DNA of 63,710 nucleotides, the filler included, from Basidiobolus meristosporus CBS 931.73 (lineage: Eukaryota > Fungi > Basidiobolomycota), in assembly GCA_002104905.1 (NCBI GenBank). It is 3 parts of 3 records of this genome, joined end to end, with 100 filler letters (N's around TTAATTAATTAA, not from the genome) between each part and the next. Parts side by side here need not be neighbours in the genome. Positions count along the whole stretch, not along the records: positions 26,862 to 47,539 come from MCFE01000999.1; 2 more parts are not named here. One strand, 5' to 3'. Positions within the stretch are counted from its first letter, which is position 1. Each line of letters begins with the position of its first letter. The notes beneath the pieces are model-generated. The model was given only the letters and a program-made list of their open reading frames with translations. It did no database searches and was not told the origin of the DNA. Positions 31,106-43,315 of the stretch are shown piece by piece. Made by a program: the position numbers and the translations under genes.

Positions 31106-34100
31106 CTACTGCTAATACTGAAATTTTCCCCTGTGCCAAAAAGTGGGATGGATCTGTTGCAATTTAAGAAGTGATTTGGATTTAAGGAACTTATCAAGAA
31201 ATAGTGATAATAGTTGAACTGTTGTTTATTAATAAAGAAGCACAGTATTCATACCTTTATAGAAGTAATACAGCTGTAACACTAAGTAAGGAGGGTTTCT
31301 CAATATTCAGGAGCATTCTATAGCAGTTTCAGGGTTAGTACATAATAGTTAGTATTAGTGCTAATTTGATCCTGACTATAGGGAAATAATCACAAGATCA
31401 TAGATCTGAAGAAAGTAGCAAAGTTAGAGTTGTAAACCAGCCTCACAGTGACTAAGACTAGTTCAGAATTATCAAGTAAATTTTTAGCTGCAGAATGATG
31501 CCAAATAGTCTAATATTCCAACACTCCCTCTCTACTAAATAATTTCTTAATCTTAATCCCTCCCTGAGATTCTCAAATTGTGGCCTAGCTAGTGGTTTTG
31601 TCAATATATCTGCCACCATTTTGTTAGTTGGGCAGTACACTAACTCTACTAAGTTATCTTCTACAGCTTCCCTCCAAAGTGATGCTGTATATCAATGTGC
31701 TTAGTTCTGGCATGATTAGAAGGATTTCTAGCTAATGAAATAGAGCTTTGATTATTCTTGTATATACATGTTGGTTCATCTGAATTAAAAACTAAGTCTT
31801 TGAATAATTTTTGTAGCCATTTAGCCTCCTTAGTTGCTTAACATGCAGCCATATATTCTGCTTCAGTTGTAGATAGGTCTACAGTTGATTGTTTCTTGCA
31901 ATTCCAAGTAATAGCTGCACCAGCATAAAGAAATATATAGCCTGTGGTAGAGTGTCTGTTAATCAAATCCCTACCCCAATCTGAATCACTATAACCATCA
32001 ACTTCTTGCCTATTAGATGCTTCAGAGTATTCCAGTACCATATTTATGGTACCTTGTAGATATCTGAAAATCCGCTTAACTGCTGCAATTTAATCTGATC
32101 CATAATTGTACATGAATTGACTGACTATTCCAACTGCCACTGCAATATCTGGATGTGTAGACACCATCAAGTACATTAGGCTACCAATCATTGATTGATA
32201 GGGAAGGTTTTGGTTCATATTTGAGCCGTCTTCATCTATAACTGGCTGAGATATGCTCAATTTAGGTTATTGTCCATCAGGGTAGCTACAGGCTTACAAT
32301 TTTCCATTTTGAAGCGTCTAAGAATGTCCCTGATGTACTTAGACTGATTCAGCACAATTTTCTGCGTAGGTATGTCAAATGTGACCTCAATTCCAAGAAA
32401 ATAGCTCAATTTTCCAAGATCGTTCATCTCATAGCAGCATCTGGACTTTGCATTGCCTGTTCCAGACTCTGAGGTTTGGCACATAAGGCAAGATAAGCTT
32501 CTTCATGATCATTGGATGTCTGCCACCAGGATCCAGGGGCATTTCTTATTCTAGTAGATCTCCTAACTGGGATAATCTGTTCTGATCTGGAACTGGTAGA
32601 AGTATCTTCCATATCTGGCTGGATTTGGTACATATCTTCTTCATTAGTGTCAATTGCATCATCAGGCAGCTGGCCAATGATTTTTGTGGCTTTCTGATCT
32701 GAGTTCTCCTCAAATACAACGTCCCTGCTCTTGATCAGCTTCTGAATTTTGCCATCATATACTCTATACCCTTCAGTATCTTCACAATACCTGAGAAAGA
32801 TCCCTTTCCTACTCTTTGGTTCCAACTTTGAGCGTTTTTTGTCAGGGATGTGATAAAAAACATCACTGCCAAAGATCTTGAGGTGCTGGAGATCTGGTTT
32901 TTTGCCTGTATATGCTTCAAAGGGTGTAAAATCATGTAGTGCTGTTGTTGGGCGTCTGTTCTTGATGTATACTGCTGTAGCAACGGATTCAGCCTAGAAC
33001 TTGTAGTCCATTCCCTTATCATGTAGCATAGATCTTCCCATCTCTACTATTATTCTATTTGCACGTTCTGCTACTTCATTTTGCTGTGTAGTATGAGGAA
33101 CTGTGGTCTGTTGAAGTATACCAGTAGACAAGCAGTATTATGCAAACTCCTTTGAGCAGTATTCTCCTCCATTATCACTTTGTAGTACCTTCAATTTACA
33201 CCCAGTTTGTGTTTCTGCCATGCTCTTGAAGTGCTTAAACGTCTCTAAAGCTTCATCCTTTGTTTTGAGGAAGTACACCCATGTATGTTTTGTTTTGTCA
33301 TCAATAAATGTCATAAAGTATCTCTTGGCTCCAAAGGACAGTGTTCTAATGGGGCCACATATGTCTGAGTGTACAATGGCCAATTTTTGGTGATATTGAT
33401 GCCTTCTAAGCTCTTGAAACGTTGCCTAGCTTGTTTACCATAATAAAATCCCTTACAAACATTCAGTTTGATTGGAATTGAGTATTTAAGGCCCAAAACA
33501 AGCTAATTTTCACCAATTGGTTCATTTTCTGTTCCCCAATGTGTCCTAGCCTCCTATGCCATGTCTCCCAGTTGGTTTCATCAGTTTCAGCAGTGTTGGC
33601 ATACTCAGGTGCAATGATCTTGCTTTGTAACTTGTATATATTGTGATCTCTGATTCCCAGAGCAAATATTTGTCCATTCTCACTCATTATTAAGCAGCTC
33701 ATCTTAGTAAAGACAAATTTCAGTCCCTGAGCAATTGCTTCATTGACTGAGAATTAGTTCTTAGCTATTCCAGGTACATAGAATACGTCAGTGAGTCTTG
33801 CTGTATTTGCCCCTGAGCTATTGCTCATATTTAGTTGCATAGACCCACCTGCAGTAGCTTCCAGAGCAGAGTTATCTCCCAGATAAACCTTTCTCATGGG
33901 AGCAGTTTTTAAGTTGCTGAACTGCTCCTTTATACCACAAATATGCTGTGATGCTCCAGAGCCAATATACCATTCATTACTTTGGTTACTTGCACTCTCT
34001 TGTACAGTTACAAATAACTGTTCATCAGTAATTATATGGCTTGCCTGCTCTAGTGTCTGCTATTCATCTGCTTGTTTCTTCTTGCTTTCTCTTGCCCAGT

Positions 34101-36900
34101 GTCCTGGCTTTTTACAATAGTTGCAGCAACCCAGTTTTCTTTGGTTTTGTTGTTTTTGCTTTTTTTCTGAGTGCCTTTCTAAACTGAATAAAGCATTATC
34201 TTCAATTTCTTCTACTTGATCATTACATCTGAGTTCTTCACAGAGAACTCTTCCTTTGACATAGTCTAAAGTCAAGTTGTCTTCTCTGCTTTCAAAAAAA
34301 AGTATGAGTGGTTCATACTTGTCTGGTAATCTGCAAAGCAGACAGAGTATCTCTTCTTCATCATCTATACCAGCATTTATACAGTAAAGTTCTTCTGTAA
34401 GTGTCTCCTTTTTGGTAATGAGTTGCAGCATGTCATCATCTGGCTTCTTCCTCATGTTGAGGGACTTTTTTTTCAAACACAGTTTGCTTAATACTGACTT
34501 TGCCCTAAAGATCTTCTCTAAGGATTCCCATGCTGCTTTGGCAGTATTTGAGGCATGGATTTGTCCAATGAAGGAATCTTGCACATTGATACATATGGCA
34601 TTAAAGGCCTGTCTCTTCTTCTCTTGAAACTTCTCCACTTCATCTGCTGTTCCTTTGGGCTCCACTTCTTTTCCTGTTACTATATTCCAAAGCTTCCTTT
34701 CCTCATGGTGAATCTGCATCTTGTCTCTCCAAAGCTTGTAGTTCTTTCCATCAAACCTCTCCTTTACAGGGAAGATGTTTGTGTAGTTCTGTTTGCTGGT
34801 AGAAGTCATCTTTAGAATAGATTAAGGCAATTGGGGCTCATAACCTGTTGCAATTTAAAAAGTGATTTGGATATAAGGAACTTATCAAGAAATAGTGATA
34901 ATAGTTGAGCTGTTGTTTATTAACAAAGAAGCACAGTATTCATACCTTTATAGAAGTAATACAGCTGTAACACTAAGTAAGGAGGGTTTCTCAATATTCA
35001 GGAGCATTCCATAACAGTTTCAGGGTTAGTACATAATAGTTAGTATTAGTGCTAATTTGATCCTGACTATAGGGGAATAATCATAAGATCATAGATCTGA
35101 AGAAAGTAGCAAAGTTAGAGTTGTAAACTAGTCTAATAGTGACCAAGACTAGTCCAGATTTATTAGGTAAACTTTTAGCTGCAGAATGATACCAAATAGT
35201 TCAATATTTCAACAGGATCTGACTACCCAGTGTGCAAGGTGAAGATGAAGATGCTGCTACTGGGATAAGACCTTTGGAGTATTTTCATAGAAGCAAAATT
35301 GTCCTCTAAAAATGTGGGAGAGGAATCCTTAAGGTACCAACTTGAGTAGCCTGACAAGTAATTTCCAAGGCTCTGTATCAGGCCCAGAGTCCAGACCTGA
35401 AGATTTGAACTTAAGTAACATGTATGGAAGGTTCCTGGATGAAGAACTAAGAAAATCAAGTGCTAATATGAAGGAAGACAAACATGCAGTAATAAGGAAT
35501 GATAGCCAACAAAGGAGGTTTCTGGGACCTTACAAAGGCAGCAGCAACTAGCTTTGCAAACACTGCAAAGGATTCTTAGACATATTACATATGCACTGGA
35601 GTATCTTAACACTTTACACACCAAAATGAACATATACATAATATCAAGATATTGCAATTAAGAAGGTTTTTATGGGTAACAGCAGGTCACTTGTGGCAGT
35701 AGGAGAAGGAACTATACAGCTCAATCATGGCAGTGGTGAAGGAAGTCATACCTGTACCCTCAGAGAAGTACTCTTTGTACCAAAAATAGCCAAGAACCTG
35801 CTATCTGTAGACAAGGCTACACTAGAAGGACACAGTTTCAGAGTTGGCAATTTTGGATGCAGAATCACTGTTGAAAATGGTGCCCATATTGCTCTTGGGA
35901 TCAGGAACTGGAATCTGTACAAGATCAATTGTATTCCAATATATCTGGAAGCCAAAATAAGTAATCCAAGTGAGTGTATATTAATACTTTGGCAAAAGAG
36001 ATTTGGACACATCAATCTAAATTAGCTGCACAAAATGATTGAAGATTAGGTAGGTTCTGTGAAGCCTGGATATATGGAAAACAAGCCAGATAACCATTCC
36101 AAAGCACTGGGTTAATCAAAGTTAAGAAAAAACTAGATCCAATTCACTTGAACATGAGTGAACCTATGCAAACTTATCCATAAGTGGGATGAAGTATGTC
36201 ATCATGTTTATTGATGATCATTTCAGATACACATGTGTCTACTTCAAGGAAGGAAAGGAAGAAGCTATATTGAAGTTCAGGGAGTGTAAGGCCATGGCTA
36301 AGAGAGAAACTGGTGAAAAGTCAAAAATGCACTCTGTGGCAATGGTATAAAATATATTACAAAACTTTTCATCCACTGCTGCAAAACTCATGGATTATGC
36401 ATGAGGCTACTGTACTATATATCCTGGAGCACAACAGAGTGGCAGAATGTGCAAACAAATCAACAATTGATATGGCAGGATCATGGATCCATGATCAAGT
36501 GTTATCTTATATTTATTGGGTGAAATCAGTGGCCACACATGTACAACTTAAAAAAAGTCATCACAGAGTACTTTGTGAGTCTATACCATTTAATGTGTAT
36601 GATGGATACAGATCATGTTGAAAGCACTCAGGAATATTTGGTATTCAGCATATGCTAAGAAACTGCCAGGATATCAGTAAAAATATCAGCCAAAAAGTGT
36701 GAATTGCATATTTTAAGTCTATTGCAACAAGAGTAAAGCAGACTGACACTAGAATATCAAAGCAAAGAAGCTCATTAGGTACCAGGATGTGCTGTTTGGT
36801 GAAAATTCAAAACTTTGACAAGAAGTGTGTGCTTTAGTATGGCTGCCACCTACTAGTATCTCTCTAGATAGCATGCAAAGATAATCCAGCAGGATCTGTT
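31106..36900 (+). mobile_element. Old copia family-B body (gag-PR-IN relic) split by the family-A insertion
   Basis: 31106-31154 joined to 35220 onward reconstitutes the B gag N-terminus (homologous to 54840-54945). Protease/GAG-pre-integrase fragments at 35672-36621. Confidence 0.75.
31155..35214 (-). mobile_element. Ty1/copia family A, both LTRs, TSD GGATC, ~0.6 kb RT deletion, multiple stops
   Basis: LTRs 31155-31523 and 34846-35214, PBS GGTTATGAGCCC, PPT AGAGGGAG, gag 34060-34809, IN, RT and RNaseH fragments. GGATC at 31150-31154 and 35215-35219. Confidence 0.95.
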
Positions 36901-37039
36901 AATAGAGTACTTGTTGGATGAGAATCTATCAAGTGATAAGGCCAAAGCATGGCTGTACATACATTCAAAGTAGCCCTTAATTCATTGTTGCTTGTAATGT
37001 TTGTCATTGGATATAGTAAAGGGGCTTGTCAATAATTAA

Positions 37040-37287
37040 AACCAAATGTTATACTGAGTGGCTTTATATTATAGGTGTGAGCAACTTGCTATTGGAATTA
37101 CTTGGAATATATTCACCAAAATATCAGGTGCACAAAACATGAAAATTTTCTAAGTTGTCTAAACAGCCACCAACCTTGAATAAGTGTTACTGGGACCTTG
37201 CTAGGCCTAGACTATATGCTTATCATGCCAAGACCATGCAAAAATATTGATACTAATCTTACATTGAATAAATCTTGAGGTGAAATC
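37040..37287 (+). mobile_element. Family-B LTR truncated at ...GTGAAATC by an inverted family-B element
   Basis: Aligns to 50750-50967 and stops at the same position. Left bound approximate. Confidence 0.7.
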
Positions 37288-38745
37288 TGTTGTAAGAGTC
37301 TTGGAGCAATTGGAAGTGATTGGGAGAGCAAATAGATTATCAGGTTTTCACCTGATGATTTATTGAATGTAAAGGTGGTATTCATACTTTTATATGGTCT
37401 TGGCATAAAAACTAAGTACAATAGGTTTGGGAAGGTCCCAAGAACATGTGTGCAAAGTATGGGGCTGTTTGAACAATACTGAGAATTTTCATGCTCTGAG
37501 TACCTGATATTTTTGTGAAAATATTCAGTAAATCCCAACTGGGATTTGGGCATTATTCTTTAGTATTTGGAGGTAATGATCTAAGGGACTAAGTTAGGTA
37601 AATATTTAGGTGGAATTACAAATTTGTACAACACCACAACTCAATTAAATGTTTGTTCTGACTAGTACCAACTTTGACCTATAATATTCAAACTTGTCTA
37701 TAGATAATGGTTTAGTAAATATGCCTGCAAACATTTCATAAGTAGGACTGCAAGCTGAGTTAACTGAGTTATCCAAGTTATTCTCTACAGCTTCATGTAT
37801 AAAAATGATGACTTATATTTATTTACTTGGTTCTGGCATAAAAAGTTAGGTTTTTACCTAATCATATACATCCTTGATTATCATGAAATAAAGTAATAGA
37901 TGCTTTTGACAAAAGCCTAAATCTTCAAAAAGCTTCCTTAACCACATTGCCTCCTGTGTGGCTTCACAGGCTACCATATACTCTGCCTTTGTGGTATAAA
38001 CTAATACAGTTGGTTGCTTTCTTGAGTTCCATGAAATGCTCTTTAACATAAAGAAAGGTTTAGCCTCTGGTGGAACTTCTATGTTCCGGATTTTATCTTC
38101 AATCAGCATCAGAGTATCCCACAAGATCCAGTTCTGAATCCTTATCAGTGTATCTTAAGCAGATATTAGCAGTTCCTTTTAGGTATTGAAGTATGCACTT
38201 AACTGCTGCAATATGATCAGATCTATAGTTCTGATTATGCTTGCTGACAACTCCCACTGACTATGCAATGTTTGGACATGTTCCAAGCATGATATACATC
38301 AGATTGCCAACCATAGATTGACAAGTAAAGTTGGGGCTTTCAGATGACACCAAGCTCTCCTGATTTGGGTGAGTTTTGACTCAGCAAAGATCTGTCTCCA
38401 TTAGGGTAGCTACCAGTTTACAGTCTTCCATTTGATACTCTTCAGTGTATCTTGGATATACTTGGATTGTCTTAGGGTGATAGTCTGGGTACTTGCTGTC
38501 TATGGACTGAGTTCTCCTAGATCAAACATCTTCAGCTCTTTAGATAGGCTGGATTTAGTCACTATCAATGTTTTGAGTTAATTGGTGGCTATAATAAGTA
38601 CACCCACATATAGCTCTAATAAAACATATTTGCCCTATCTAGCTTATAGAATACACCATAGTCAGCACTACTCCTTTGGAAACTCAAAGATTCCAAATTA
38701 GAATCTATTTTGCAAATCCAGGCTCTTAGTGATCCCTATGAAGAA
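37288..38745 (-). mobile_element. Decayed copia family B: 3' LTR (37288-37633) plus RNaseH/RT relic
   Basis: TGTTGTAAGAG...[31 protein letters not shown] RNaseH fragment at 37858-38124. Confidence 0.8.
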
Positions 38746-39853
38746 CAATTGTAGTGATCCCATCAAAAGGCCATCACAAACTTAAAGTCCCATGACTAAC
38801 AGGTACTGATCCTGACAGGACACAGCCTGGAAACCATTGAATATTAATTGTATCCCAAGTTTCACAAAAAACTTAGTAAACATTTTTCATCACAGCAATA
38901 TAAAAGAGGATTTTGATTGGTTCCCTGCCAATTTACTCACTTTCTGATCCTCAACACTCTATCACCTCCTACCTTTGTGCGCATTAATTGGCAATTGCCT
39001 CTTTTCCACACTCCTGACTTCCTGACTCAATTGTTTTTCTTACTTTTTGTACATACAAGTTGATTTATTTCTGTTGGAACTTCAGTTGTACCTCAATTGC
39101 CAATTGTATTGACCTATTCAAGTCCCTATAACCTACACTAACATTGAGCCCAACCCCACACTTAACAAGTAGCTCCATTAAAATTCACCACTAAATAAGT
39201 ATTTTGGCTCTAATGCTCTGGCTACACAACTATGGCAGGAGCCCTACAGCTTTATGCCAATGTTCATTCACTGGTTTCCACATGTCCTGGTCTTCATCTG
39301 GCACTGCAAGGTCTAGTACCTCATCTGCCAGTCTTTGCAATAAATTCTTGCAATATTCAAGTGCATTTTCCTGCACACTGCTCTTGAAGAAGTGCTGCAC
39401 CCTCTTGGTGTGCCTATAGATGTTCCAAAATTCCACAGAAGGCATCATGATAGTCTTTTGAGTTCTTGACATTGTAGCCTTGTCAGTCAGTAGGATCTCC
39501 ACTCTGTCAACAATTGAGGATGTGGAGGCTGTGGTAGACAAATTGCTTTTTTCTGTAAACTCATCTACCTTGCTGCCAAGTAGCTCTACTGGCTCTGCTT
39601 CCAGCTCTTGTGAAAACAGCTGCTTTCTTGTGGGCAATTCTTCTGGGGTATGATAGGATTTAGTTTGTTCTAGGCTTGCAGCATTAGCTGGTAAGAACCG
39701 CAATTTTTTTTGCAGGCTTCCCTGTCTAAGGCTTGGGTAAATATTGTTTCCTTTACTGTTACTTTTATCACTGCCGGGTTTCTCACTGCTGCTTTGTCTA
39801 AGTGCTTCTTGTAATGTACTACATTTTCTCCTTGATACACTCTGCTCTGACAC
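38745..39853 (-). repeat. Unclassified repeat with a 207-aa ORF (39230-39853) and eroded downstream coding sequence
   Basis: 38745-39240 is an inverted homolog of 49060-49560. No recognised domain. Confidence 0.5.
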
Positions 39854-39868
39854 ATCTATTTTCTCAAC

Positions 39869-40235
39869 TGTTATAAACTACTGCTTGAATGTAAGTTAGA
39901 TCAGTTTTAAGTCAAATCAATTAGTTACAGGTTTAGCTTATCAATATATCATTATTATCTATCAAGATAGTAGCATTAGTCAGCAAATGAATCAGCAAAT
40001 CCTTATCAGACAGAAATAGATATACAAAGTAGGATCTTTTTGGGTGATGATGATACAATCAAATGAGTCATCAGCCACAGCCTACATTAGGAAATACAAT
40101 TAGTCAGCAATTGATCTGGAAACATGTATATAAGGAGATGCTGGAACCTCATTAAGGATCAGTTCAAGTTTTAGTGAATACAATACTGGCTAAACTCCCT
40201 TTTCCTCTACAACTCTTATACCAAGACTTGTAACA
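39869..40235 (+). mobile_element. Gypsy-family LTR
   Basis: TGTTAT...TTGTAACA, 367 nt, homologous to 30737-31105. Confidence 0.85.
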
Positions 40236-40779
40236 GACTATATCACCAGACTCATTGACAGTTGGGAACTTTGTATTCTGAGAGACATTACTGGGAAGAA
40301 ATTTGAGCAACTATGGACGGGATCTTTAAGATCATCAGAGAGATTGCAACTGCTGGATGTATATGTTACCATCAGTACAAGGTATATGGCATCTTTAAAG
40401 TATCCCATTAAGAAGCTATAAAGTTGAGGTAATAGAAGTACGTCAATTGTGGCAGGTGTACGTGTTTGTCAAGGTCAGCAAGCAGGAGGCCATAGTTTTT
40501 TGGATTTGAGCTAAATGTCAAATACCCAAGGTAGTAGTGGGTAAGCAAATAAAGAAAGGTGATTCTACAGTGGAATATATGAATTTCACAACCTTTATGA
40601 TGTCTCCAAATGGGGTCCTTATAGCTGGTCTGGATTTAATCCACCCATGGGACAAAATTATTTTTCATAGAAGATTGTTTCAGTCCATATCAAGATTCTT
40701 TAAGCCTGCAGACCAAATGGGGATTGCCTTGGTCAGCAACCCATCTGGCTGGTCCCTTTATATGTCCTCACCAAGTTCT

Positions 40780-42210
40780 CCATTCAAAAATGCTGATTTT
40801 TGCATCCATTTGATGAATAAAAAACTTATAACTGGCCGCAATAGCCTGTGTTGATATCATTGAATTAAACTTGACTTCCAGTGCAAAGCTGTTGGTAGAG
40901 TCAAGTACTTATGCTTTAGAGTATTCCTTGGCCACAAGTTTGATTTTATATTGTTTTATTTTACCATCATTCTTGTATTTTGTCTTAACAATCCTTCTGC
41001 ATCCCATTGATTTTTGGTTGATTGGTGATTTGACTAAGTCCCAAGTTTGATGTTCCATTAAGTTCTGATACTACTCAGGCTTTACAAATCTCCAAATATT
41101 TCTATGAGGCATGTTTAAGTCTGTTATTACAGCCTGGGGCTCATTGATATGGACTGAACAGGCATAGGCTAAGTTTGTACTATCAATGATATAGAAATAT
41201 GAGCTATCGCTTATGGGGTTGAATCCCAGGCATTTTATAAAGGTACAATCATCTCTGGGATATTCCTGGGCACTGCTTCAGACTGAGCTATGGTTTTAGA
41301 GGCCTCTGCAGTGAAAATATTTTCATAGTTTGCTCTTATTCAATCCAGTCAATTAGTGGACTTGAGATCAGATATTTGTCATCATTTCATGTCATTTATT
41401 GTGAAGATTTCAAATGTTCTTCAGAAATACATCCCTAGACTTAGTTGGCTTCTTTGAATTGGTAGTGTAGAGTCTGTATGCTTTACTCTTGTTGCAGTAG
41501 CCTAAGAATATGCTATTACACTTTTTGGCTTGGACTTTCACTGATCTCTGGGCTGTTTCTTAGCAAATGTTGGACACCCAGATATTCTTATATGTTCTAC
41601 ACTTGTACTGTATTCACACCATGCTCCAAATGAAGCTTAATCACAAAGTATTCTGTACACTTATTCATTATGCCATTGATCATAGTGCCAGAAAGCACTG
41701 TATATTTTGTTATTAATCTGATATTTTAGGGCCATATGCATGTCAATTATGATCCCAAATTGGCACTTTATGGCACCATCTGGCATGCTATGGTACTATT
41801 GGGCAATATGTTCAGCTGGAATGATGGAACAAGTCTTGTTAAAACTCTAGTTTTTACTGTATACAGCTGTGGCAAATGATTCCTCCCAAAATTCATAGGA
41901 TAGCTTTGATCATGCATCATAGATCTTGCTGTATCAATTATTAATCAGCTTACATGTTCTGCTACTCCATTTGCTGTGGGGTGTAAAGTACACTAGTCTC
42001 TTGCTTAATCCCATGATTTTTGCAGAAGTGGATGAAGAGTTTTGAGTTATTTTCTCCACCATTGTCAGAGTATGTTTTCTTGATTTTGTCAGCAGTTTTT
42101 CTCTCCTTCATGGCTTTAAGCTCCCCTGAGCTTAGACAGTGCTTCTTTCTTTCTCTCCATGAAGTAGACCCAGGTATATCTTGTATAATCATCAATAGAA
42201 GTGAGTAAAT
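40780..42210 (-). mobile_element. Decayed copia family-B IN/RT relic
   Basis: Aligns to 52190-53460 (SDNGGE, AFLNGEL). Confidence 0.75.
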
Positions 42211-42211
42211 A

Positions 42212-43315
42212 TGTTATGATCTGCCACTTGAATGTTTAAGTTGGATCAGTATTTAGCTTAGAAAGATGTGCATTGACTACAGAGCCCTCAACTCAGTTAT
42301 TGTGAAGAATAAGTACCCCATACCTTGGATTGATGAGCTCTTGGACCAACTCAACAGGGCCATTATTTTCAGCAAGATTGACCTCATGTTAGGATACAAC
42401 CAGATTAGGGTGAAGCCAGAAGACATGCCTAAGACAGCATTCAGGACCAGATATGGACATTACAAGTACTTAGTCATGAGTTTTTGCCTCACCAATGCCC
42501 CAGTAACATTGATGACTCTGATGCACACTGTCTGTCAGGAGTACTTAGACAAGCTTGTGATATTATACCTAGATGACATACTGATGTACAGCAAGACAGA
42601 AGAGGATCAAACAGCGCCCATTGAAAAGGTCTTGAAGAAGCTAAGAGAGAACTAACTATATGGCAAGCTAGCCAAGTGTGAGTTCTTCAAGGAACATGTT
42701 GAATATCTGGGATACATAGTAACTAGCACAGGAGTAACCTTAGACCTTGTAAGGTTGAGCTCATCAAGAACATGGAGATGCTATATTAAAGGAGTCAACT
42801 GCACTGTAAAGACAGATCATGCCTCCCTCAAGTATATACTTGCACAGAATGTACTCTCTTGAAGAATGACAAGATGGAGTGAATACATTCAGCAATTTAA
42901 CTTGGATATTGTTTACTGCCCAGGAAAAAACAACACGGTTGCTGATGCCTTATCAAGAATAGATCAAGTTGCACAACTCTACTTGGTGCATGAATCAGAT
43001 TGGCCTAGCCTATTACCAAAGTACTTGGAGGGCCAAGCCATTTCTAATGAGGTGGATGAAGATATCAAGAAGATAATCCAGGATGTAGCCGGCAAATTTG
43101 TAGTACAGGATGAAACACTCTATCAAATTGTTGGTGGAAGCCCCATTACCTATTGCCCTTATATTTCTCACCTGGATTTAATACATAAGCTACACAATGG
43201 ATGTGGAAATCTTGGAACTGAAGGAACCTATAGCCTTGTGAAAGCCAGAGCATGGTGGCCTAGACTGAAACAAGACATTGAGAAGCGAGTGAAAACATGC
43301 CCAAATTGACAAATC
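42212..43315 (+). mobile_element. Gypsy fragment: LTR 5' piece fused by deletion to RT (YLDD), partial RNaseH and integrase
   Basis: TGTTATGATC LTR start, then MCIDYRALN...KTAFRTRYGHY...YLDD. Integrase Zn-binding WWP...CPN interrupted by copia A at 43316. Confidence 0.88.
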
